A stretch of 64,000 nt of DNA from Candidatus Omnitrophota bacterium (GTDB lineage Bacteria; Omnitrophota; Gorgyraeia; Gygaellales; Profunditerraquicolaceae), in the NCBI GenBank assembly GCA_028718225.1, contig JAQUMI010000002.1:16-64015 (forward strand), written 5' to 3'. A model generated the notes under the pieces. The model was not told the origin of the DNA and made no database searches. It saw only the letters and a list, made by a program, of their open reading frames with translations. Position numbers and translations under genes: made by a program. This document shows, piece after piece, positions 20,408-29,015 of this stretch; within the stretch, counting starts at the first letter, position 1, and each line of letters opens with the position of its first letter.

Positions 20408-21496
20408 ATGACACACAAAGTAACCTTAATTCCCGGCGATGGCATCGGCCTTGAGGTAAGCCTGGCCGCCAAAAGATGTATCGAGGCAACTGGAGTAAAA
20501 ATAGAGTGGGAAGAGGCCCTGGCCGGAAGTTTGGCGCTGGAAAAAACCGGTGAATTATTGCCTAAAAGTACACTGGATTCCCTGAGAAAAAACAAAGTAG
20601 CCTTGAAAGGCCCGATCATTACCCCGATAGGCGGAGGTTTTCGTTCGGTTAATGTCGGCATCCGGCAGGCCTTAGGCCTTTATGCCTGCGTGCGGCCGGC
20701 AAAAACATACCCGGGAGTAAAAAGCCTGTATAAAGATATTGACCTGGTGATTATTCGCGAGAACAGCGAAGACCTCTACGCGGGAATAGAATTTGAAGAG
20801 GGAAAGCCAGCGACAAATAAACTTATCCAGGAAATAGAAAAATCCAGCCAAAAAAAGATCCGGCCGGATTCCGGTATTTCTATCAAGCCCATTTCTAAGA
20901 CTGCTTCCGAAAGGATAGTCAGATTTGCTTTTGAATATGCTCTAAAGCATGGCCGTAAAAAAGTCACTCTCGTGCATAAGGCGAATATTATGAAATTTAC
21001 CGATGGACTGTTCTTAAAAAGCGGCCGCGAAGTCGCCAAGGATTATGCCGGAAAAATCAGTTTTAGTGAAGCCATAGTTGATAATATGTGTATGCAACTG
21101 GTGCAGAAACCGCACCTTTATGACGTTCTAGTCCTGCCCAATCTTTACGGAGATATACTCTCAGACTTGTGCGCCGGGCTTATCGGAGGGCTGGGGATTG
21201 CCCCGGGTGCCAATATCGGAGATGGCCTGGCAGTATTTGAAGCGGTGCACGGCTCGGCGCCAAAATATAAAGGCTTAAATAAAGTAAACCCCAGCGCGAT
21301 GATCTTGTCGGGCGTGCTTATGCTGGAGTATCTCAAAGAAGAAAAGGCCAGCTTGGCGCTGGAAAATGCAGTTAAGTCAGTCATTGCCGAAGGCCGGTAT
21401 GTCACCTACGATTTTAAATCCGATCCTAACGATCCTCATGCAGTCGGCACGCAAGAAATGGCTGACGCGATTATTCAGAAAATAAAAAATAAATAG
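20408..21496 (+). CDS. icd: Isocitrate dehydrogenase-like beta-decarboxylating dehydrogenase
   Basis: 362 aa. [31 protein letters not shown] closely mirrors the E. coli Icd substrate loop [31 protein letters not shown], including the Ser/Asn equivalents. Confidence 0.7.
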   Translation: MTHKVTLIPGDGIGLEVSLAAKRCIEATGVKIEWEEALAGSLALEKTGELLPKSTLDSLRKNKVALKGPIITPIGGGFRSVNVGIRQALGLYACVRPAKTYPGVKSLYKDIDLVIIRENSEDLYAGIEFEEGKPATNKLIQEIEKSSQKKIRPDSGISIKPISKTASERIVRFAFEYALKHGRKKVTLVHKANIMKFTDGLFLKSGREVAKDYAGKISFSEAIVDNMCMQLVQKPHLYDVLVLPNLYGDILSDLCAGLIGGLGIAPGANIGDGLAVFEAVHGSAPKYKGLNKVNPSAMILSGVLMLEYLKEEKASLALENAVKSVIAEGRYVTYDFKSDPNDPHAVGTQEMADAIIQKIKNK

Positions 21497-21516
21497 GGCG
21501 GTTTTTTAGGAGCAAA

Positions 21517-22437
21517 ATGAAAATAAGCATTATCGGTGCAGGAAATGTCGGTGCTTTAAGCGCTATGCGTATCGCGCAGTATAATTTAGGCGATATCTTT
21601 CTGGTAGACATAGCCAGGGGGCTGGCCAGGGGTAAGTCTTTGGATTTAGCCGATGCCCAGGCAGCATTGGGGTTCGATTATAATATTCAGGGATCCGATG
21701 ATATTAGCAGCATAAAGGACTCCGATATAGTGGTGATTACTGCTGGCCTGGCCCGCAAACCCGGAATGACCCGCGAAGAACTCCTTACCAAAAATAGCCA
21801 GATTTTAAAAGATGTCTGCGTAAATATAAAGGAATTGGCCCCTCAAGCCGTCGTAATAGTAGTGACTAATCCGCTGGATTTGATGACTTATTTGGCATTA
21901 AAGACAACCGGTTTTGCCAAGAATAAGGTACTGGGTATGGGCAGCAGCCTGGACAGCTCAAGATTAGCTAACCTTATTGCGCGGGAATTAAAGCTGTCAG
22001 CTACTAGCGTAGAAACAATGGTAATCGGAGCGCATGGCGAGGGGATGCTACCTTTAGCCAGGCACACTAAAATAAAAGGGGTAAGCCTGGAAGAATTTTT
22101 AAGTGACGAGAAAATGGAAAGCCTAACCAAGGAGACTATCGGCAGGGGAGCCGAGATTGTCGCTTTATTAGGCAGCGGAAGCGCTTTTTTTGCGCCGTCT
22201 GCCGCAGTTGCACAAATGGTTAAAATTATCGCCAAGGACGAAAAGAAAATTGCCGGGGCCTGCGCTTACCTGGACGGAGAGTACGGTATTAAAGATATCT
22301 GCCTAGGCGTACCGTGCCGCCTGGGCAGGACCGGTATTGAAAAAATTATCGAACTGGATTTAACCGCTAAAGAGAAAAAAGAATTGCTCTGTTCAGCTGA
22401 TTCTATCCGCAATTTATTAAAACAGCTATCTTTTTAA
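21517..22437 (+). CDS. mdh: Malate dehydrogenase (LDH-like family)
   Basis: 306 aa with the GAGNVG Rossmann motif. GLARKPGMTR carries Arg at the MDH/LDH discriminating position. Catalytic His in IGAHG. Confidence 0.88.
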   Translation: MKISIIGAGNVGALSAMRIAQYNLGDIFLVDIARGLARGKSLDLADAQAALGFDYNIQGSDDISSIKDSDIVVITAGLARKPGMTREELLTKNSQILKDVCVNIKELAPQAVVIVVTNPLDLMTYLALKTTGFAKNKVLGMGSSLDSSRLANLIARELKLSATSVETMVIGAHGEGMLPLARHTKIKGVSLEEFLSDEKMESLTKETIGRGAEIVALLGSGSAFFAPSAAVAQMVKIIAKDEKKIAGACAYLDGEYGIKDICLGVPCRLGRTGIEKIIELDLTAKEKKELLCSADSIRNLLKQLSF

Positions 22438-22440
22438 TTT

Positions 22441-23730
22441 ATGTACGATTTAGCCATAATCGGCGCGGGTTGGGCAGGTTTTAACGCTTGTTTAAAAGCA
22501 AAGCAGCTAGGCCTTAAGGCTGTTCTTATCGATAAATCGTTTCTTGGCGGTACCTGCCTTAACCTGGGATGCATACCTACCAAAACACTTATCCAATCCG
22601 CAAAGGTATTTAACCTGGTTAAGAAATCTTCGGATTTTGGCATTAACGTTTCTGGCGCTGCAATTGATTTTCCTAAAATACAGGAGAGAAAAGACAAGCT
22701 AATTCAGCAGTTGCGTAGCGGCATGCAGCAGATGCTCAAGGGCCTTGATTACCTAAACGGCCAGGCCCGGCTCGTCTCCAGCCAGGAAATCAGGGTTTTA
22801 GAAAAAACTATCCGGGCCAGGAATATCCTTATTGCTACAGGCTCTAAGCCATACGAGCTTGCCCAATTTAAATTTGACGCTAAAAAAATCCTCTCCAGTA
22901 ATGAAATAATTTCCTTAAAAGAAGTCCCCGGTTCGCTTTTGATAATCGGCGGCGGAGTTATCGGTTGTGAATTTGCCGGGCTTTTTTCCCATCTAGGCAC
23001 AAAAGTAACTCTCGTAGAAAAAATGCCCCAGCTTCTCCCCGGGGAAGACAGGGAAGTAGCTAAAAGAATAGAAACAGCGTTTAAAAAAAAGGGGATCAAG
23101 GTAAATACTGCTACCGACGCTGCGGTTTTTAATTTGGCTGATTTTGATATTGTCTTAGTTTGCGTGGGAAGGAAAGCGCAAATTGAGAATTTAGGCCTGG
23201 AGGAAGCGGGGGTAAATTTAGATCAAGGCGCTATTGCGGTTGATGATTACCTAAAAACGAGTATAAATAATATTTACGCAGCCGGGGATTGCACCGCTAA
23301 AATAATGCTTGCCCACTTTGCCAGTTATCAGGGGATAAGCGCCGTTTGCAACCTGGCCTACCCGGATAAACATAAGGCCGCCGCTTCGCCTTGCGTCCCT
23401 AGTTGTATTTTTACGGACCCTGAAATCGCCTCTGTTGGCCTGAGCGAAGATAAGGCCCGCTTGTCCGGACGGCATATAACTATCCACAGGTTTGATTTTC
23501 TGGGCAGCGGCATGGCGCGTATCCTGGGCGAAACAGAAGGGTTGATTAAGATAATTTCCGATGCTAAGACTGGCGTAGTTTTAGGCGCCGCGATTATCGG
23601 ACCAAGGGCGACCGAATTAATCGGGATTTTCACCCTGGCTCTAGCGCGCTGCTTGAGCATTCAAGACCTGCGGGAAACCATATTTGCCCACCCAACTCTT
23701 TCAGAATCAATAACCGAAGCAATAAGATAA
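22441..23730 (+). CDS. lpdA: Dihydrolipoyl dehydrogenase (E3) family flavoprotein disulfide reductase
   Basis: 429 aa with GAGWAG, the redox disulfide GGTCLNLGCIPTK and a C-terminal HPTLSE dyad. Confidence 0.8.
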   Translation: MYDLAIIGAGWAGFNACLKAKQLGLKAVLIDKSFLGGTCLNLGCIPTKTLIQSAKVFNLVKKSSDFGINVSGAAIDFPKIQERKDKLIQQLRSGMQQMLKGLDYLNGQARLVSSQEIRVLEKTIRARNILIATGSKPYELAQFKFDAKKILSSNEIISLKEVPGSLLIIGGGVIGCEFAGLFSHLGTKVTLVEKMPQLLPGEDREVAKRIETAFKKKGIKVNTATDAAVFNLADFDIVLVCVGRKAQIENLGLEEAGVNLDQGAIAVDDYLKTSINNIYAAGDCTAKIMLAHFASYQGISAVCNLAYPDKHKAAASPCVPSCIFTDPEIASVGLSEDKARLSGRHITIHRFDFLGSGMARILGETEGLIKIISDAKTGVVLGAAIIGPRATELIGIFTLALARCLSIQDLRETIFAHPTLSESITEAIR

Positions 23731-23735
23731 AAACT

Positions 23736-24392
23736 ATGCCTTTAAAAGTCACTGACCTTGGCTTAGTGGATTTTCAAGACGCCCGGGTGCGACAGAAGGA
23801 ATTATTCCGGGAAGTAGAAGCCGGGCTCTGGGACGCCGGATTAATCGTCTGCCGGCATTATCCTGCGATTACCGTCAGCCGGCGCTCAAGTAGGAATAAC
23901 ATCCTGGTTTCTCAGGAAGAACTCAAAAATAAAGGCATTAGTCTCTATGAGGTTGAGCGCGGAGGGGACGTTACCTACCATGGCCCCGGGCAGCTTATCG
24001 CTTATCCGGTATTCAATTTAAATTATTTTAAAAAGGATATCCACTGGTTTATAAGGTATCTTGAAGGCCTGATCATCCGCTGCCTGGATGAATCCGGAGT
24101 GAAAGGAGAAAGAGCCCCCGGGCTAACCGGTGTTTGGGCCGGCCGGTTAAAAATAGCTTCTATCGGGATCGCGGTCAGAAAGTGGATTACTTTTTACGGA
24201 TTAAGCATAAACATTAAAAACAATGATCTGGCCAATTTTTCCTTGATTAGGCCCTGCGGTATGGATATAATGGTTACATCGATGGAATCCGAAACCGGCG
24301 GAGTTGTTCAAGCTGAGGAAGTTAAGCAGAATCTGGTAAGTTTATTTAAGGACTCTTCCGGTTTCTTCAACCGGGATCGGCCCAGGAGATAA
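23736..24392 (+). CDS. lipB: Octanoyltransferase LipB
   Basis: 218 aa with RGGDVTYHGPGQL and a catalytic-Cys region (PCGM). Confidence 0.88.
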   Translation: MPLKVTDLGLVDFQDARVRQKELFREVEAGLWDAGLIVCRHYPAITVSRRSSRNNILVSQEELKNKGISLYEVERGGDVTYHGPGQLIAYPVFNLNYFKKDIHWFIRYLEGLIIRCLDESGVKGERAPGLTGVWAGRLKIASIGIAVRKWITFYGLSINIKNNDLANFSLIRPCGMDIMVTSMESETGGVVQAEEVKQNLVSLFKDSSGFFNRDRPRR

Positions 24393-24398
24393 AAAGCA

Positions 24399-24635
24399 AT
24401 GGTAAAAATAATTTTGCCGCAATTAAGCGAAGGCATCCAAAAAGCCACGGTCTCCTACTGGTATTTTAAAATAGGAGACCAGGTCAAGGAAAAAGATGAC
24501 CTGGTAGAGCTTACTACGGATAAAGCCACTTTTAACCTGCCCAGCCCTTGTCCAGGGATACTTACGGAAATTTCGGCCTTGGAAGGCTCGACGGTAAACG
24601 TAGGGGATAGTTTAGGTTTGATCCAGGAGAGCTAA
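24399..24635 (+). CDS. Free-standing lipoyl-attachment domain protein
   Basis: 78 aa. PQLSEGIQKATV...VELTTDKATFNLPSPCPG matches an E2-type lipoyl domain with the TDKA lipoyl-lysine motif. No catalytic domain follows. Confidence 0.8.
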   Translation: MVKIILPQLSEGIQKATVSYWYFKIGDQVKEKDDLVELTTDKATFNLPSPCPGILTEISALEGSTVNVGDSLGLIQES

Positions 24636-24656
24636 AAAATAAAAGGGCGCGCCTAA

Positions 24657-25823
24657 ATGGCTATTGATTTTAAAAAAGAATTAGAAACTGCCGCACGCAA
24701 CATGATTTTCGTGCATGACCCGGACTTGCTTATCAAGATAATCGTGCGGATGGTGGTTGATAAAGTGCAGGTTGAGCACGCCAGCATACTCATGTATAAA
24801 CCGGACCGTCAGGCGTATGTGCTCACTGTTTCCGGAGGATCGCTGGCAAAAAAAATACCTATCGGCCTGGCTGGTTTTGACAAAGATGATTCCCTGATCC
24901 GTTTTTTCAGGGAGCGCGGCAGCCGGCTCTTATTTAACAGCGATGTTCTTACTCTGGAGGGCGCACAGGCCTACCTGAAAACAGGTCAGGCTAAAGAACG
25001 CCTGAAGCATCTTTTGGCAGACGTACTCTATCAGATGAAGATGCTGGAAACGGTAACTTGCATACCAAGCTATTTCAGGGATGAGTTGTTGGGCGTATTA
25101 CTGTTGGGCAGAAAGAAAAACGGAAAAAGGTTCCTGCGGGGAGAGCTGGATTTTTTTGAGGCCCTGGCTTCCAATATGTCTATGGCGATAAGAAACGCCA
25201 ATCTTTTCAAGGAGCTTAAATCCGAACTGGATAAAAAGCACCAGCTTTTTATGCGCACAACTATTGCTTTGGTTGCTGCCATAGAAGCGAAAGATAATTA
25301 TACGCACGGGCACACTACCCGGGTGACTAACTTAAGCCTGGAAATCGCTAAGAGGCTCTCCCGGAAGAATAAGAAGGTCTGGGACAACAAATTTATTGAA
25401 AAACTCCATATTGCCAGCCTGCTTCATGATATCGGCAAAATCGGCGTCCCCGAACATATACTTAATAAAAGAGGGGCCTTGACTATAGGCGAAAGGAACA
25501 AAATCAAAGAACATCCTTTAATCGGGGTAACCATTCTTAAACCTATAAAAGAATTAGAGCAGGCTTTAGTCGGAATAAAATATCACCATGAGCGGCCGGA
25601 TGGCCGGGGGTATCCGGAGGGCTTAAAAGGCGACCAGATCCCTCTGGTTGCTTCTATTATATCGGTAGCTGACTCTTTTGACGCTATGACTACGGATAGG
25701 CCGTACCGAGCGGCCCTGTATAAAAATGAAGCTATAAATGAAATCCGGAAATTGAGTAACCTGCAATTTAATCCCCGCGTAACCGAAGCATTTCTGGAAT
25801 TATGCCAGGAAGGTAAACTCTAA
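24657..25823 (+). CDS. GAF-like sensor / HD-GYP c-di-GMP phosphodiesterase
   Basis: 388 aa with HGHTTRV, HDIGKIGVP and HHERPDGRGYP (the HD-GYP signature). The N-terminal roughly 190 aa are GAF-like. Confidence 0.82.
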   Translation: MAIDFKKELETAARNMIFVHDPDLLIKIIVRMVVDKVQVEHASILMYKPDRQAYVLTVSGGSLAKKIPIGLAGFDKDDSLIRFFRERGSRLLFNSDVLTLEGAQAYLKTGQAKERLKHLLADVLYQMKMLETVTCIPSYFRDELLGVLLLGRKKNGKRFLRGELDFFEALASNMSMAIRNANLFKELKSELDKKHQLFMRTTIALVAAIEAKDNYTHGHTTRVTNLSLEIAKRLSRKNKKVWDNKFIEKLHIASLLHDIGKIGVPEHILNKRGALTIGERNKIKEHPLIGVTILKPIKELEQALVGIKYHHERPDGRGYPEGLKGDQIPLVASIISVADSFDAMTTDRPYRAALYKNEAINEIRKLSNLQFNPRVTEAFLELCQEGKL

Positions 25824-25826
25824 AAA

Positions 25827-26951
25827 ATGCTCCCTAAACGCATAGTTTTAATGTACATTTCAGAAGTCTCCGGCCATCATAATGCGACCTTGGCTATTGA
25901 GAAAGCCATCAGGATATTGGCTCCTCAGGCCGAAATTTCAAATATCAATGCTTTTAATTACACCAATCCTGTCGCTGAAAAAATAGTGAATAGCGTTTAT
26001 ATGGGTATAATCAAAGTTGCCCCTAAAATCTGGGATTACCTCTACGATAACCCTAAAATAGTAAAGAAGATAGAAAGAGCTAAACAGAATATCAATAAAG
26101 CCAATTCTCCAAAACTAAAAAAACTGTTTGAACGGCTCAGGCCCGAGGTGGTTGTCTGCACCCAGGCGTTTCCCTGCGGCATGGTCGCCGGCTATAAAAA
26201 GACCTACCGGGCAGACCTTCCGTTAATCGCGGTATTAACGGATTATGTCCCGCATTCCTATTGGATTTATGACGCGGTAGATTGCTATATTACTCCGTCG
26301 GACGAGGTCTCTTCGCGTTTAATCAAAAAAGGCGTGCCAGCTCAAAAAATAAAGTCGCTGGGCATTCCGTTTGACCCTAAATTCAATACGGCTTTAGATA
26401 AAAACAATATTTTTTCCAAGTATAAGCTATCACCCGGTCTTGCCACCATATTGATTATGGGGGGAGGCCAGGGGTTAGGGCCGATAAAAACCATCGTTAA
26501 ATCCTTAGAAAAAGTCAACAGGGATATCCAGGAAATTATCGTGACTGGGACTAATAAAAAGCTGCATAATTCCTTAAGACGCAAAATAAAAAAGTATAAA
26601 AAGAAAATAGTAGTCTTTGGCTACGCGCAGAATATCAACGAATTAATGGCCATCGCGGATATAGTTGTCAGTAAGCCTGGCGGAGTAACTACTTCCGAGG
26701 TACTTAGCCTGGGCAAGCCCATGATTATCATTAAGCCTTTGCCCGGGCAGGAAGCCAGTAACACGGCCTATCTTACGCAAAAAGAAGCAGCGCTGGAAAT
26801 TAAAGAGCCGGATAAGATAAACCTGGTTATAGAAGACCTTTTAAGAAACCACCAGAAATTAAAACACCTAAGCTCCTGCGCAAAGCGAATCAGTAAGCCC
26901 AATGCCAGTATGGATATCGCCAGGCTTCTGTTAGAAAGCCGCAATGGTTAA
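25827..26951 (+). CDS. GT28-family diacylglycerol glycosyltransferase (MGDG synthase / UgtP-like)
   Basis: 374 aa. The N-terminal SGHHNATLAIEKAI and the C-terminal SKPGGVTTSEVL are typical of the MGDG_synth plus Glyco_tran_28_C architecture. Confidence 0.7.
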   Translation: MLPKRIVLMYISEVSGHHNATLAIEKAIRILAPQAEISNINAFNYTNPVAEKIVNSVYMGIIKVAPKIWDYLYDNPKIVKKIERAKQNINKANSPKLKKLFERLRPEVVVCTQAFPCGMVAGYKKTYRADLPLIAVLTDYVPHSYWIYDAVDCYITPSDEVSSRLIKKGVPAQKIKSLGIPFDPKFNTALDKNNIFSKYKLSPGLATILIMGGGQGLGPIKTIVKSLEKVNRDIQEIIVTGTNKKLHNSLRRKIKKYKKKIVVFGYAQNINELMAIADIVVSKPGGVTTSEVLSLGKPMIIIKPLPGQEASNTAYLTQKEAALEIKEPDKINLVIEDLLRNHQKLKHLSSCAKRISKPNASMDIARLLLESRNG

Positions 26952-27801
26952 CTATTTTCTTTACCGGGTTGTTCAAAAGGTCGCTTTAAGCCTGCCGTTA
27001 AAAACAGCCTACAGCCTGGCTGTATTTATATCTACCTTATATGCCGCCTTTGCCTTCAGAGACCGCAAGGCAGTTACTAAAAACCTGCGGGTAATCTTTC
27101 CGGAAAAGCCTCTTGGCGAAATTAGAAAAATCCGGAAAGAGTTATTCCATAATTTTGCCAAGTACCTCATAGATTTTTTTCGTTTTGACAAACTGGATAA
27201 GGAATACATTGAGAAGAATATCCGCTTAATAGACCTGCACCATTATGATGAGTGCCTCTCCGAGGGTAAGGGTGCAATAGTGGTAACTGCGCACCTGGGG
27301 AACTGGGAATTAGGAGGGGTAGTGATTGCGATGCTGGGGTATCCATTTTTAACAGTTGCCCTGCCGCATAAATCTAAAAATGTAAATGCGCTTTTTAACG
27401 GCCGGAGAGAAAGTAAGGGTGTAAAAGTCCTTCCGTTGGGCAACGCGGCAAAGGGATGCCTGAAGGCCTTAAAGAGAAATGAGCTGATAGCGTTGGTAGG
27501 TGACCGGGACTTTGGAGGTAACGGAATAGTCCTGGATTTTTTCGGCAAGCCGACAATTTTTCCCATTGGCCCGGCTGTTTTTTCTTTGAAGACAAAGGCT
27601 AAAATCGTACCCGGATTTATGCTCAGAAATAAAGATGACAGTTTTTCCCTGATTATCAATAAGCCGCTTGATTTTACGCCTTCCGGGGATGAACAAAAGG
27701 ATTTAAAGGAGATTATTAGCAGTTATAAGGTTATTTTTGAAGATTATATCCGGCGCTATCCGGAACAATGGTATATGTTCAGGAGGTTTTGGAAAGAATG
27801 A
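26944..27801 (+). CDS. LpxL/HtrB-family lipid acyltransferase
   Basis: 285 aa with the TAHLGNWELGG catalytic motif and the C-terminal YPEQWYMFRRFW typical of the family. Confidence 0.75.
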   Translation: MVNYFLYRVVQKVALSLPLKTAYSLAVFISTLYAAFAFRDRKAVTKNLRVIFPEKPLGEIRKIRKELFHNFAKYLIDFFRFDKLDKEYIEKNIRLIDLHHYDECLSEGKGAIVVTAHLGNWELGGVVIAMLGYPFLTVALPHKSKNVNALFNGRRESKGVKVLPLGNAAKGCLKALKRNELIALVGDRDFGGNGIVLDFFGKPTIFPIGPAVFSLKTKAKIVPGFMLRNKDDSFSLIINKPLDFTPSGDEQKDLKEIISSYKVIFEDYIRRYPEQWYMFRRFWKE

Positions 27802-28460
27802 AAACCTGTATTATTATCCCCGCGCATAATGAATCCAGGGAGATAGCCAGGCTGGTCAAGGAGATTAAGGGACAGAGCCCGGACGTTCTGGTAATTGATG
27901 ACGGGTCGACGGATAATACCGCGGAAATCGCTTCTGAGTCAGGAGCGGTAGTCCTAAGGAACCAATCTAATGAAGGTAAGGGGTCCTGTTTAAGGAAGGG
28001 CTTTGCTTACGCTTTAACACACAACTTTGACGCCGCAGTTACTATGGATGGCGATGGCCAGCATCTGCCCCAGGATTTAAAATTATTCATCACTTCAGCC
28101 AGTGTCTCTGAAAGCGGTATACTTATAGGCAACCGGATGCTGCAAACCAAAAACATGCCTTTAGTGCGCCTGCTTACCAATAGATTTATGTCCTGGTTAA
28201 TATCTCGGTTATGCAAGCAAGATATTCCGGATACGCAATGCGGTTTTCGGCTGATAAAAAGGCAGGTCCTGGAAAGAATAGAACTAAAGACAGCTAAATT
28301 TGAAATAGAGACGGAAATATTGCTTAAGGCCAGCCGTAGCGGCTTTAAGATTGATTCAATCCCGATCACCACTGTTTACCGGGGGGAAAAAAGCCGGATT
28401 AATCCCCTGATAGATACTTTGCGATTTTTGAAATTCATAATAAAGACGGATAATAAATAA
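27798..28460 (+). CDS. GT2-family glycosyltransferase (polyprenol-phosphate sugar transferase-like)
   Basis: The track ORF starts at 27768. I prefer ATG 27798 (MKTCIIIPAHNES), which makes an ATGA overlap with the upstream stop. DDGSTD and DGDGQH motifs are present. Confidence 0.8.
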   Translation: MKTCIIIPAHNESREIARLVKEIKGQSPDVLVIDDGSTDNTAEIASESGAVVLRNQSNEGKGSCLRKGFAYALTHNFDAAVTMDGDGQHLPQDLKLFITSASVSESGILIGNRMLQTKNMPLVRLLTNRFMSWLISRLCKQDIPDTQCGFRLIKRQVLERIELKTAKFEIETEILLKASRSGFKIDSIPITTVYRGEKSRINPLIDTLRFLKFIIKTDNK

Positions 28461-28473
28461 ACGGAGTGCTGCA

Positions 28474-28977
28474 TTGATCCAGGTATATACGGGTAATGGA
28501 AAAGGTAAAACCACAGCCGCGCTGGGCCTGGCCCTAAGGGCCGCTGGCGCAGGATTTAAGGTATATCTGGGCCAGTTTTTAAAAAAGGGGCATTACAGCG
28601 AAATTGCTTCTCTGAAAAAGCTCAAGAATATCAAAGTTGAGCAGTTCGGGGTAACCTATTTTACGCGCTGCGCTCTTCAGAGAAAAGACGTGGAATTGGC
28701 TAAAAAAGGATTAACCGCGGCAAAAAGAGCTATTAATAGCCGGCGCTACGCGCTGATCGTGCTGGATGAAATAAACGTTGCCTTAAGGCTGGGGCTTTTA
28801 AGCTTACCCGCAGTCCTTGCCGTGATAAAGAAAACCCCCAAGAAGATAGAGCTAGTCCTTACCGGCCGCTCGGCACACCCCGCCATCATAAAAATCGCGG
28901 ATTTAGTCAGCGAGGTAAAAGAGAGGAAACATTATTATAAGAAAAGCGTGAAGGCAAGAAAAGGCATTGAATTTTAA
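28474..28977 (+). CDS. cobO: Cob(I)alamin/cob(I)yrinic acid a,c-diamide adenosyltransferase (CobO/BtuR type)
   Basis: 167 aa with a TTG start. IQVYTGNGKGKTTAALGLALRAAGAG and ALIVLDEIN are typical. Confidence 0.88.
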   Translation: MIQVYTGNGKGKTTAALGLALRAAGAGFKVYLGQFLKKGHYSEIASLKKLKNIKVEQFGVTYFTRCALQRKDVELAKKGLTAAKRAINSRRYALIVLDEINVALRLGLLSLPAVLAVIKKTPKKIELVLTGRSAHPAIIKIADLVSEVKERKHYYKKSVKARKGIEF

Positions 28978-28998
28978 GCTTTGTAATTTTGTAACTTA

Positions 28999-29007
28999 TG
29001 CTAAAAT
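28999..29007 (+). promoter_or_regulatory. Extended -10 promoter element TGcTAAAAT for pilin gene 1
   Basis: TG at 28999-29000 and TAAAAT at 29002-29007. The ATG at 29016 lies only 8 nt downstream, with no SD in between. Confidence 0.45.
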
Positions 29008-29015
29008 AATACTGG

